A DNA stretch of 61,813 nt, the filler included, from Sphacelaria rigidula (Eukaryota), in the NCBI GenBank assembly GCA_964200075.2. It is 10 parts of 10 records of this genome, joined end to end, with 100 filler letters (N's around TTAATTAATTAA, not from the genome) between each part and the next. Parts side by side here need not be neighbours in the genome. Positions count along the whole stretch, not along the records: positions 6,193 to 12,284 come from CAXNAA020022289.1; positions 12,385 to 18,476 come from CAXNAA020022290.1; positions 18,577 to 24,667 come from CAXNAA020022291.1; 7 more parts are not named here. The stretch is one strand, 5' to 3'. This document shows positions 11,596 to 23,222 of this stretch, in pieces. The translations under genes were made by a program, and so were the position numbers. Position 1 is the stretch's first letter, and each line of letters starts with the position of its first letter. A model generated the notes under the pieces. The model was not told where the DNA came from and searched no databases. It saw only the letters and a list, made by a program, of their open reading frames with translations.

Positions 11596-12384
11596 CGTAG
11601 TTAAAAACACCTCAGGACCGACGTTTTTCAAAACCAATCGGGCCAATCCCTGCAGGGGCCACGCTCCTGATTCTAACCCTAACCCTAACCGTAGGCATGT
11701 TCAAATTCCGATGCGGTCCTCCAAGCACGCGGTCCTCTCATGCATTACAGTATATATAGTGGTCACCATTCGCATTTTGTGCTTGTCCCACCTGCGGTAA
11801 ACTAACACGTGAATAATCCCGTCGAGGTACAGGGTAGATGGGATGGTAACATACACACACACACACACACGCACACACAATGGCTACTGGTGTAATAGGG
11901 ATCTTGATGACAGGCGTATCAACCCTTACTTCAGCTGACCGACGCTTGGTACAGTAGGAGTGTCGCAAGCGGTGCAGTGTGTGCAGCAGACGGTTTGTGC
12001 CATACCGCACACAACAAACTCACGTGGCAGTAGTGCGGTAGCAACCGTCTTCGCACACAGAATACTACAGATTTTGCAATCGGTGGCGGGCACGACAAGC
12101 ATGAAACGACAGGAGCAACACAGCCAGCAGGGGTGACATCGTGCTATTATATAGTGGTAACAATGAAGGGTATGTTGAGAATATATTTTGGAGCTCGTAG
12201 GCCCCAAGATCGAAAATTCGAGTTTCTGACGGGGGGGGGGGGGGGGGGGGGGAGATCTATTTTTTTTCCTTTTGAAGGGAGAGANNNNNNNNNNNNNNNN
12301 NNNNNNNNNNNNNNNNNNNNNNNNNNNNTTAATTAATTAANNNNNNNNNNNNNNNNNNNNNNNNNNNNNNNNNNNNNNNNNNNN

Positions 12385-12860
12385 TGAGCAATCTATTTTT
12401 CAATACCTATCGTTGGCGTCACTGGCTATCGATAGGTGCTCCCGAGAGCAGTCGGTTGTCGACGGCAATGCCCATATTGGTAGATACCAAAAAATGCATT
12501 GTTGGCGGCAGAGGCTACCGATAGACGGCTCACCAATCCATTGATGGCGGTAATAGGTATCGATGGATGACTCACCAAACCTATTGATAACGGCAATGGC
12601 TATCGATGGATGGCTCACCAAACCTGTTGATTACGGCAATGGCTATCGATATATACAACCCAGAATCTATTGTGGTAAACACGATGTCCATTGATGGCGA
12701 GTGATCTTCATCTATTATGATTGCCAAAGGTTATCGACCGACTATTGCAACATCTATTGTTCCTTGCGATACATATCAATAGATATGTTTCACCATCTAT
12801 CGTGTTCGATAATATATGTCAATAGATTTTTCCCTGTGTCTATTGCTGAAGCAATGAACT
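12385..12860. repeat. ATCGAT-rich degenerate repeat with ~42-bp tandem units (probable TE subterminal array)
   Basis: tatcgatggatg.ctcaccaaacct.ttgat.acggcaatggc repeated at ~12558-12650, with many ctatcgat motifs around it. Confidence 0.6.
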
Positions 12861-13654
12861 ATCATTGTCTCCATTGTCCAGAGTGTGATGATGTTGTCGT
12901 GGAGCAGTGTGGTGTGCTGGCGGTGACGGCAAGTTGGCGGCGGCGGCTACATGTGGTTGCGGTTGGGGACAGTATGGTTTCGTGGCGGCGGCGGGTGGTA
13001 GACGGCGGCGGCGGGTGCGGGATGATGTGGTCGTGGATCAGCATGGTGTGTCGGCGGCGGCCAGTTAGCGGCGGCGACGGCATTTGGTTGCGATTGTGAG
13101 ACAGCATGGTTTCGTGATGGCGGCTGGTTGTAGACGGTGGCGGCGGGTGCGGGATGAGTGGTCATGGAGCTGTATTTTGTGGCGGTGGGGACGTGTTGAC
13201 GGCAGCGGCGGAAGCTGAAGTGTCGGTGTTGCCGTGTTCCCCCCACCTTCCGTCGAGCGGCGCTGATGATTGGAGTGGTAGACGAGGCACTGTCCAGACC
13301 ATGTTATTGGTATAACAAATTGATCCAGTTGAGGCTTTGATGACCTTCACGATTGACAATGAAGGGTTGCAGCCGTCGTTGAGATAGTAGCACGTGAAAG
13401 CTTGCGGGTCCATCTTCAAGCGACGTGTGGCCCTTATCATTCCAGGTTGAAGGAAGGGAACGATCTGGAGAGGATGGGCACGGCCGGTGAAGACCTGATA
13501 CGGCGGGACCTTCCCAGGGTTGGCCATCGTGGCGGAGCGGGTTGAAATCATCTGCGGCCCACACCGCGGACTCCAACCAGAGCCTATCCAAGGTGTCGCC
13601 GAGTCTGGTGATGCCCATGTATGCTTCAGCCGGGAAAAGGCGCGAAGCTTCACA

Positions 13655-14257
13655 TCACGCAGCGTAGCCAGCCTTCATCATGCGCCAGATCGCGCTCTCG
13701 GACACAGCGTTGTGCTTCGGCGTGTCGGACGCTGTGTACTCGCGTCGAATCCGTACATCGTCGCAAAAATTAATACACTCTTGCAAACGAAACTCACCCC
13801 CGTTGTCAATGCGGAAGCACCGAGGAACGCCGAATTGATTGACAGCGGCCATGTATCCCTTCACCTTTGCCAAAGCGTGTGCCTTCCTCGCCAAGTCGCA
13901 CAGCATGATGGAACGTAACTCGCTATCCACACAGGCGAGCACGCACAGTGAGCCGCCTAGTGTCCGCATGTGCGGTTCCGTGAGGTCGAGGTGTACGATG
14001 CCGAGGCCTGTGGGGGACCGAGTACTTGGACGTGGGATTGCGGCACGTCGCCCTTTTGACTCCACACATCCTGCGCATGGCGCCAACTGCCCTGTGAGAG
14101 TAATGCCCCGTTGGGCGGCGGTTGCTCGAAGAATATTCTCGTGAGCATGGTAGAGGGAAATGTGAAAGTTGTTGACGTCCAACGTTTGTTGGGGTTTGCC
14201 GACAGTTGATGGCCGACGGCCGGGGGCTAAGACTGCAAGCGCCAACTCCAAGATCAC
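13655..14257 (-). pseudogene. Copia integrase (GAG-pre-integrase + rve core)
   Basis: FHISLYHAHENILR...CAGCVESK, HLDL, FRIDNGGEF, REYTASDTPKHNAVSE. Continues frameshifted into 13162-13653 (SH3-like C-terminus). Confidence 0.9.
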
Positions 14258-14409
14258 CTCCTCACTCAGTTGATGAATGCTTAGAACTCAAGAGAAAAGC
14301 ACCGGAGGACTACTTCTAGCAATCTCGTCCGCCAGTAGGTCCGGTAGGTGCAAACCTGGAACAGCAATCAATCCTGTGGGAAACCTACTGGATGATTCGG
14401 CAGTACAAC

Positions 14410-14820
14410 GCGAAGACACAGTACTCGCGGGGTTTTGACAGCATCACGTGAAGACACCGGACTCGGGGGGTCTCTAACAGTAGCACGCGAAGACTCCGTC
14501 ACAGTAGATTGCGCTACAGTAGTCGAGATTGTACCGATAGAAGCATACGAAGACAAAGCATTTCGGGGGTTTCTGCCAGCATCATGCAAAGACATCATTC
14601 TCGGGGGTTTCTGACATTAGCACGCGAAGACTCTGTCGAAGTAGATTGCGCTAGAGTAGTCGGGGTTGTACCGACAGAAGCACACAAAAACACGGCATTC
14701 GGGGGGTTCTGACAGCATCATGCGGAGATACAGCACTCGGGGGGTTACTGACAGTATCACGCAAAGACACAGTACTAGGGGGTTACTGGCTGTATCACGC
14801 GAAGACGCAGTACTTGTAGA
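14410..14820. repeat. ~38-39-bp minisatellite with interspersed ~60-bp variant units, inside the copia PR-INT linker
   Basis: Units of the form gaagacac...ctcggggg..tctgacagcatcacgc. The longer variant (gtagattgcgcta.agtagtcg.g.ttgtaccga.agaagca) occurs twice. Confidence 0.85.
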
Positions 14821-16961
14821 ATGTTCCCCCATGGCGGGGACTGCAGTCGAAGCATAATTCGATGTGGGCGGCAAACGTTTCGCGAGTTGAGAAGATGAAC
14901 GCGTATTACGGTCGAATCGAAGTTGCTCGTTAAACAACGATATGCCTGCTCTGGTCAAAGTAATGTCTTTTTTGTACTGTGCCTGATCTAGGGAGAAGAG
15001 GTTGAGCTTAATACCATCAAGCACACACACGTCAGTGAGCTTCACACAAACACTAGTGCCCTCAGTCTTATCAGTCAGTCCCATGTGAAATCCGAGGTTA
15101 AGGCTACCGACCTCTCCTACTGGGAGTGCAGTGCCATCTCCTAGGGTCACATTCTCGTTACCATGAGGGAGATATCGCACATCAAACAGCCCCCCATACT
15201 TCCAGTAGTATGGTGCGAGGCCCCGGTGTCAGGTATCCACTCCTCCAAATCATCACCTCTCTCCGATACCTCCCCACGATACATCATAGCATACCCCTGC
15301 ACATCAACATCACCAAGCCGTAACCGAGACTTGCATTTTGACATGGAAAATGCCATATGCAATCGTGGATGCTCGGAGGTGGACATATCGGCAGGCGGAG
15401 CAGATGTAGCTGGGGGGGCTACCGACTGCTGATGCTGCTGTTGTTGGTCGTGAGGTGGGGCTGCGGTTTGGTATCGTTGATGATGAGGGCTTTATTCCGG
15501 GTTAGGGTAGTAGTAAGAATGATGCTGCTGGCCCGAGTGTTGATACTGCTGGGAAGGCTGCTGTGGGTAATGGTCTGTTGGTGGGGGATGTTGATATTTT
15601 TGGGAGGGTTGCTGTGGGGGATGGTGAGGGTATGGTTGTGCGTGGTATGCAGTAAGCTGGTGGTGCTGCTGATATTGGAGCAGTGTTTGGTGTGACGAAG
15701 CCTCATGACTCTGAACGCAATGGGCATATCCAGCACCGTCGAAAACCTTCTGGTCCGGTGGGGTGAAGTCTTCGTCAGTAGTCGGGGGCTCAGTCCATTG
15801 TACAAAGTGTGCACGCGGGTGAGAGGCCCTCGAATGGGGGGAGTCGCTGAAGTGGTGTTTGTTGTTGGTGTGATGGGAGTTGTTGGTGTGAGTATAGGTG
15901 TTGGGGTAGTGGTTACGTGGGGGTGGTTTCCTGTGATGGTATATGACTGAGGCATTGAATTAAAACTAGTCTCCTTGTGGATATGCAGATGGTCCCCAGA
16001 AACGACCAGCGGGTATGGTAGGAATCTAGTCGAATGTGTGTTTGTAAGGCAGGATTCGATTCCCTGTATAATTGCCGGCTCGGGTTGAAGGCAAAATGAT
16101 TGTACCCTATTAGTCGCGTGTACCTGTCGCTATTACAGCCTTGATTACCAAAAGGTACGGCGCGTCACGGTGATTTTGTATTATGACAAGATTGTAAGCA
16201 GGGCAGACGGATGTATGGGCAGCAGCACCCCCCTGCCGCACTCGAAAACCCCGACAACAGTCTTCAGGCCTAATTGGATATAAGGAAGAGCTTTGCTCAT
16301 CAGCTACCCACCGATCTCCTGTCTTCAGTGTCGCGAGTCCACAGCCTTATTGACGTGAGTCTTAGCTGTGCTGTACTATCACCCTCCATCACCATTGTTA
16401 CTTGTTTGCTGGCTGTGGGGCTGTTCCAACTTAGACAGCTGGCTATTGTATTGAGAGAGAACATTCAGCTTTGATATCTCAAGCCGAACACAGGACTGGC
16501 TTGTCACATTCCCTCCTTGGGGTGCGACTTGCTTTGCTAGCGATTACGTCGCATTCCCCCGTGATGCGGGGCACGCTGTTCCGGTAGGATCTCGATTGCC
16601 TTGTCGGCGATCAACATGACTCTGCCCATCGCCTCGTGTATGGTAATTAAGACCTCGATCATGGCATATATTTCAATTGCGAACATTGCATGATGAGTGT
16701 TGGGAGATTGGATTGGGGTGGTTGTTCTGGGGCTCATGTAGAGATGAGAAATGTGATCGGGAATTGAATTTTGGTGATCGTTCATGGTCAGGGTGCTGGT
16801 GTGATGTAGAATTCCCACTGCGGTCAGAGCCGCACTCCCGGCAGTGGTAGTTTCGCCTGCCCCCCCCGGCCTCCGGGTCGCCTAGCCGATACGTCTCTGT
16901 TAGAGGCATCATGACTTTCGGCAGATAAAGCATGGTTATTGGGCGAGTCCACCCCTCACCT

Positions 16962-17845
16962 TCAGAGTTCCAATTCAGCATGCGCAGTCTCTACTGTACG
17001 GTGTAGGGTTTCTACACCTATCTCTGACATAGCGAGGACAATACCACGCTGTATCTCGTATTGTGAGGACAGCCTACGTGCATAGTACCTGTTTGCATCA
17101 GTCTCCGAAATTATGGTACCAAAATGATGCATCTTGTGACGAATGAGATTCGCCCTGCTCAGAAAAACTAGAGGAGATTCGCCCGGTGACATCTGTAGCC
17201 CTGCCCGTTGTTGATTCAGGCGGACTTTCTTTGTAGTGGGGGAAACGGTGTAGCACTGCACGAAATAGTCCCACGACTCACTAGGTGAACCAAGTATTGC
17301 GATGTTTTCGACCATGCTGGGGGCTGTTATTTTTTCGAGTATAATGTCGTGGACTCCTTGTGCTTCCTCTACTGCCCTATACCCATGCTGCCTTACCAAC
17401 TCCTCCTCTGTCTCATGCAAGCACGAATGACGTCTTGCACAAACAAAGCATCGTAGCATTTCTTGGCGCGAAAGCATCCGAACATCTGCACATGAAACAC
17501 ACGAAACTTTGACTCCGTACTGTCCTCTGCTTCTACAGAACCGTCCCTCCGGTAAATACTCGTATTTTTACGTACGCTTTCAACGTTTGGTTGGTAACGT
17601 TGCCCTCCCATATAATTATCGCATCGGAACTCAGGGGAAACCCGCGGGTCGCTTTGCTGGTCGCGCTTTCCTGTACTCATTGTGGGGTTACCTTGTGCGC
17701 CTGCGCCCAAATGCATACTCCTTTCTTTTTCGTAATCTACAATCGCATCGCGTTTTGCGGCCTCAATAAGCTCTGCCTGTGTTCTTTCCATGAGCCGCAG
17801 CTTCTCTGTCAAGTCTTCCGTGCTAAGTTCGTTTCTGTTAGCCAT
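16962..17845 (-). pseudogene. Copia gag (two overlapping ORFs, frameshifted)
   Basis: SPSESWDYF..Y, LQMSPGESPLVFLSRANLIRHKM...G..ISE...LSSQYE match the retrotransposon gag/UBN2-like pattern. Confidence 0.8.
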
Positions 17846-17882
17846 CGGTCGACTCTAATTATCTATTGTTCCTTGTTGTTAT

Positions 17883-18187
17883 CTCAAACTGTATTCACCT
17901 CTCACTGCGTGACTTCCTCTCGTTGGTGCAAGCGCTTCAAATGCTGCTGTATTTTGCTCAAACTGTAACAAACACTTACTGCGTGACTTTCTCTTGTTGG
18001 CTCAAGCGCTTCAAATGCTGCTGTATTCTGCTCAAACTGTAACAAACGCTCACCACGCGACTTCGTCTTGTTGACTTACTCTCTCTAAATGCTGCTGTAT
18101 TTCGCTCAAACTGTAACAAACACTTACTGTGTGACTTCCTCTCGTTGGCTCAAGAGCTTTAACTGCTGCTATATATTGCTCAAACTC
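17883..18187. repeat. 74-bp tandem repeat (4 units plus partial) in the copia 5' leader
   Basis: ctcaaact at 17883, 17957, 18031, 18105 and 18179 (exact 74-bp period). Confidence 0.92.
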
Positions 18188-18841
18188 GCTTACTTCCCTG
18201 CTATACCTGGCTGCGATTTACCCGTTTCAAATCCTCTAGCGTAATTGATCAAGGGAACGTATTTTAGAGAACGCGCTCTGGACAGGGAAATGTGTAGCAA
18301 CTTCCTCGTTCAATGCACTGTTATGATCTTCTCTAACCAAACATCGATCGTGGAGTCATCCTACGATAGGGGCGGGGGTATTTGGTTGCACGAAAAAAAG
18401 AGGCTCATTAGTGTGTCAGACATCCTTCCACACTTACGTTGCGCTTGTATTTGGTTCCAAACGCCGTCAGGCAGGANNNNNNNNNNNNNNNNNNNNNNNN
18501 NNNNNNNNNNNNNNNNNNNNTTAATTAATTAANNNNNNNNNNNNNNNNNNNNNNNNNNNNNNNNNNNNNNNNNNNNCCCCCGCCCCAAAAGGGTGGGGGG
18601 GCCAAGGGCAAAACACCAAAGCAAACAAAAAAATAGGTCCCCCCCCCCCCCCCCCCCCTCAAATGTTTTCCTTTTCTACTCGAATTTCGTTCAGTGAATG
18701 TTACTGATGGTCAGTCGTAATCATCATCACCATCATGGTTTTTTTCTATGATCATTATTAGTCGATCCCCAGTACCACAAGGTTGCGGGGTATGACCCCT
18801 CCGGCGTCGTACACTTGTACAATCTATGTAGGTTCACTCTT

Positions 18842-19195
18842 GCCGGTCGCCCCGGTGGCTCAGTTGGTAACCTCGTAAGCTTCTAACAGTTGAGTGGTGA
18901 GGTTCGATTCCCTGAGCAATCTGGGATTTTTTCTTACACCATGCTCAACAGTGGAGAGCGACTATGTTGTGGGTACACAAAAATTTGACTTAACGGTCGA
19001 CGAGGGAAAGGGACTGCTGAACTCCGCGATGAAAAGTAAAAGACAAGCACCGCAAAAGGAAGGTGGTGTATTGAAAACAAATAAAAGAAAAAGCTCCTGT
19101 GTTGACCTTCCTCCTGTGTGACCCCGGCTGAAGCGCCCACATAAACCGAAAGGGATAGACTGGCGCCCTGAATAAAAGGGACGACAACAACAACT
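18842..19195 (+). mobile_element. tRNA-derived SINE family B, full length
   Basis: gccggtcgccccggtggctcagttgg (A box), ggttcgattccc (B box), 3' end gggacgacaaca. Copies at 21195-21526, 37390-37758, 37150-37218, 30959-31179, 24768-24836, 37975-38110, 52060-52218 and 7735-7808. Confidence 0.85.
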
Positions 19196-20243
19196 CATGA
19201 CTTGCGGCGGCCACAACCGCCGAGAATAGTTTTGGGAATGGTTCAAGATATTATATGAAAACGGAATATTCCACGGTCGTGTGGGGCTCTCTCTTTTCCT
19301 CCCTCTCTTCACACATAAATCCATCATACTTGCAGAATGTCCGGTTCCTGGGAATGAGTCTGCAGTATGAAGGGATCAACCCCTCTCCTCTCCCCCGGTA
19401 CACGCCTTGCGTTCTGGTGTATTGCAGAATTGATAACGACAACTACCGCACCGCCTCGACCCACGTCAAGTGGTTCTTGTTTGCTACTCACGTCCTTACG
19501 TTTTCTACGACGGAAATCAGATACTTTTCAGAAAAAAAAACATGTATTCACATGAGTCCTGGGGAATTTAATAATAACTCGAAATCGTGTCCCCTAATTG
19601 TGGTCTGGTGTACCACTTAGTTGGATCTTCGGAGAGCGGCGTTATTTCACCCGCCACTTTTCTCTTCTTTTCCTGCCTCTAAGCTTTTAAGCCCTCCTCC
19701 CTTCCTCGGGGCGAGCCCATGGTCTCGAGGGATCAACCCGTCTTTCCCTCGGTAGGAGTAGGAACTGTGCCCCGTCTCGCAAGGGATATGTAGTCAATGG
19801 TCAAATGACTAACGCCAGCAAAAAATGAGCATGCCCTCGGTACACGCCTTGCGATCTGGTGTATCGCGGAATGAATCAGCACTCCCGCACCGTATCGACT
19901 GTCAGATACTTCGAAAGAAACACCCGAGCGCAGCTGGGAGGGATTGAACCCGTACTCTTTCCCACCCTAACGGAGTTAGTTGTCCCATCAGACCATCAGG
20001 GGGTGGTGGCTACCATGTATGGACGTGATGGAGATGAGGGTTCTGATCGTCCCGGGTGATGGATAATAAATACTCCGTATGTAATCCTAACGGTGCCGCT
20101 CCTTTTTTATGGTTGTCCTTCCCCCGCTTCCTGTTCACATATTTTTTGTACTTTCCCTTTTTTTTTTCTTTTCCTTTCCTTCCTCCTGCCGCCTCCCCCC
20201 TCCCCCCCCCCCCTTTTTTCCTTCTTCCTTGGCAACGCGTCAG

Positions 20244-20362
20244 GTTCTGAACTACGCCGAGCCGCCGTACTACAAGCTTTTCAGAGACCTTGACCTTGTG
20301 CTGCTGCAGTTCGCCGGGCTATCATGCGGGGCGCAGCAGCTTATTAACCACGTCCTGCACAG
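20244..20362 (+). CDS. UBR1/PRT6-type N-recognin E3 ubiquitin ligase, internal exon
   Basis: Polypyrimidine tract, gtcag|gtt...cag|gtagtt. VLNYAEPPYYKLFRDLDLVLLQF...LINHVLHR resembles the UBR motif Q..YY......MFD.D...LQ......F...L.RF. Confidence 0.72.
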
Positions 20363-20439
20363 GTAGTTTTTTTTTGTTTTATTCAAGGAAGGGGGACGGT
20401 GAGAGGGGGGAAACGAGAAAAGGACGGAGAGTGGAGGGT

Positions 20440-20688
20440 GGAGAGTGTACTGATAATCTTGCATGCCATAGTAAATATGACAATTGACCTCGCATCCGTG
20501 CAAAGCCGGGATGGAGCACGCCGGATTTTCGCCGGACCAGGCTCGCAATCAGTCACGAAGCGCGAAGCGCCGTGGTGTGTTGGGCAAGTCACATGAAGGA
20601 TAAGCTGCATCCTGCTAAGATTGTTCGGCCCAAGGCGTACTGATTATCTTGCATGTGGATGACAGCCTTCGATGAGTTGCTTCATTTT
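20440..20688 (-). repeat. Repeat family C, copy 2 (inverted relative to 22975-23222)
   Basis: Reverse complement of aaaatgaagcaactcatcg.aggctgtcatccacatgcaa.ataatcagtac... Confidence 0.85.
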
Positions 20689-21194
20689 CTGCTATCAAAA
20701 CTTTCAGAGACGGCCACAGTTTATGCACTGTCTCATGGATGTCTCACTAGGGGGGGGTGGGGGGAAGTAGCAACAACCACACCTCCTTTCAGTCATTTAT
20801 GACCGACGAGAAATAAAGGTTGCAGTTTCAGTTGACCGTTTTGCATCTTCGCCTGGTAACAAAACCGGCGAAGTGAAGATGTTTGTCTCATCATTTAAAG
20901 AGAGAAAACCGGCTCCCGTCATGGGGGTAGGACGTCATGTGTGTTTTCAATTACCTGTTTATACATCCAGCTTTTGCGTATTTTCAGGTATATGAAAAAT
21001 AGTAGTAATATTCGATTCATTACCTGACATACCGGGCACGGAACTTTCATACATCGCCTGCAAGTTTATGTGTATGTGATTAGCTGTACAGTAAGGAGGG
21101 ATCTAACACAGTCTGTTTGAATTGCAGAATCCCACACAAGCACGTTGAGTCCACTGCAGTCCAGCATGTTTCAGCACTGTCATCCTGTTTATTG

Positions 21195-21526
21195 TAAACG
21201 ACAGTCTACACCTTTCGGTATCTGAGCGTATCAGCCGGGGTCACGCAGGGGGAAGGCCAATGCAGGGCTTTTTCTTCTTCTTTTCCTTATTTTAGTCCTC
21301 CATCTGCCTTCCGCGGTGCTCGTCTTATTTTAATCGCGAGAGAGGTCCAGCACTCTCTTTCCCTCGTCGACCGTAAAGTCGAATTTTGCGTACCCACGAC
21401 GTTGTCGCCCTCCACTGTCGGGCATGGTGTGAGGAGAAATCCCCGGTTGTGCGGCTTCGCCGAGATTCGAACCCACGTCCCAACCGTCAGAAGAACTCGA
21501 AATTACCAGCTGAGCCACCGGGGCGA
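21195..21526 (-). mobile_element. SINE family B copy
   Basis: The head reads cgccccggtggctcagctggt...gggttcgaatctc on the minus strand. Confidence 0.8.
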
Positions 21527-22367
21527 TCATGCGGGAGTGCCGTTATCGTTGGCGCTTCTAGGCATGTTGGTTGTTGTCACTCTATTTTTATCATACCTTG
21601 GATATTTAGCCGTTGAACGCTGGTTAAAGAGCATTTACCCTGGGTGTTCGATACCCCTTTTTCAAGTGGGAAAGATGTCGATTGGACGGATGTGGTCTGT
21701 TGAGGACTACTAATAGATAACCTTTCTACAAAAGCTCCCTTGCTTGCACTGGCTTGTTCAGGCTTTGATGAAATCAGCTACGCTTTTTTTTAATATAAAC
21801 GCAGGGCAGAACGAACGAGTATATTGTCTATATTATGAATATTCTTTGGGAAAGGTGGGAAATACTTGGCGCATTTAATCCAATCTGAAGTTGTACACTG
21901 AATAATAATGCTCACGTACGTCGGTTTCAAGCTCAGGTGAGATATACTTCTTCTTGTCCTACTCTTACACTGCAATATTCTACTTTTGAAGTACACGATG
22001 TGCATCTTTCTTCACGTACGCATCATCCATTAAATTGGAACGACTACAGGAGGGAAGTACGTCAAGGCGTAATTACACGGCGGGTACAGTACAGTAGCAT
22101 GGTACTCAGAAGTTTGCTTACCTTGCAATACTGCACAAGGCGGTGGTGAGCTTTTTGTGGTATATTTTGTAATATATGTTACCTTGCCCTTTGTCCAAAC
22201 CCTGCTGCAATACTACGCTGCGCTCACTTGTGTACATGTTTACTGCATGGTATATATAGTATGTCTATACATGACACACGTAGCCCCATAAGCTCTGTTC
22301 TGTGACGTTGTTGCCCTGTATATGCGTGTGTGCGTGTGTGTTGGGGTGGGTGCTTCGGGGAGGGCAG

Positions 22368-22731
22368 ATTCCAATGCTTCTACTGGCTTTTCGACGAGTA
22401 CAACAACAGCACGAGCAGCAGCACCGAAATACCGCCCCACGCTGACAAGAGGACGGAGGCCGCCGCCGGGGCGGTCGCCGCAGGCGGCGCCTCGAGCAGC
22501 TCAGACCTATTCGGCGACCACGAACACGCCGGTACGCCCGACGCGACGACTGCAGACGGGGCAAAATCTACGATGCAGTCTCAGCAGCACCTGCCTGGGG
22601 CCGCTGGGGGAGGGGGGAGGAAGGATTGGCGTGTTAGCGGGGGGGGGAAGGGTTGGGGTGGGAGAGGGGGTAAAGGGGAGGAGGGCTGGGAACGAAGAAC
22701 TCGGCGACGATCGATGCTCGATACTGAACAG
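22368..22731 (+). CDS. UBR-type E3 ligase, next exon (with Gly/Ala/Ser-rich insertion)
   Basis: ggcag|a completes the Arg codon from the previous exon, giving ..VLHRFQCFYWLF.. . Ends MLDTEQ|gtgggc and is open throughout. Confidence 0.62.
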
Positions 22732-22974
22732 GTGGGCACCAACGAGGGAGAGGGAGGGAGTGTTTTGAGTGCTACGCGGTTATGTTTTTTCCGTGTATGT
22801 CAACCGAGACCAGGAGCAACCGCCCCCCCGTGGAGCTAGATCATATTGTGCGGGGTGGGAGACCCTCGATTCCGCGGAAAGGGAATGATATTACTGCGTA
22901 GTGTTTGAATGGTGAGACACCCATGAGGCAGTGTGTAAGCCGTGGTTGTCTCTGGAAATGGTAATGCCAAAAAA

Positions 22975-23222
22975 TGAAGCAACTCATCGGAGGCTGTCAT
23001 CCACATGCAAAATAATCAGTACGCTTCGGGCGGAACAATCTTAGCAGGATGCAGATTATTCTTCATACGATTCGCCGAGCACACCACGGCGCTTATCGCT
23101 TGGTGATTGATTGCGAGCCTGGTCCGGCGAAAAGCCGGCGTGCTCCGTCTTGGCCTTGTAGGGATGCGAGGTCAATGGTCATATCGACTGTGGCATGCAT
23201 GATCATGAGTACACCCCCCCCC
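22975..23222 (+). repeat. Repeat family C, copy 3
   Basis: Homologous to 391-640. Confidence 0.85.

Larger units (their letters stand above)
12860..17845 (-). mobile_element. Decayed Ty1/copia LTR retrotransposon (gag-PR-INT; RT/RNase H not in contig)
   Basis: gag ORFs 17845-16962; Zn knuckle YHCRECGSDR; protease WIPDTGASHH; GAG-pre-integrase H...H...CAGC; integrase VHLDL...RIDNGGEF...TPKHNAVSE. Integrase follows protease directly, which is copia order. Many frameshifts and stops. Confidence 0.92.

Noticed and set aside
17883..18187. CRISPR-like array (also 14410-14820)
   Set aside because: Whole units are homologous with no unique spacers, there are no cas genes, and both arrays lie within a eukaryotic retrotransposon.
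18842..18915. Functional tRNA genes at SINE heads
   Set aside because: A/B boxes are present, but I see no convincing cloverleaf and each head continues into a shared SINE body.
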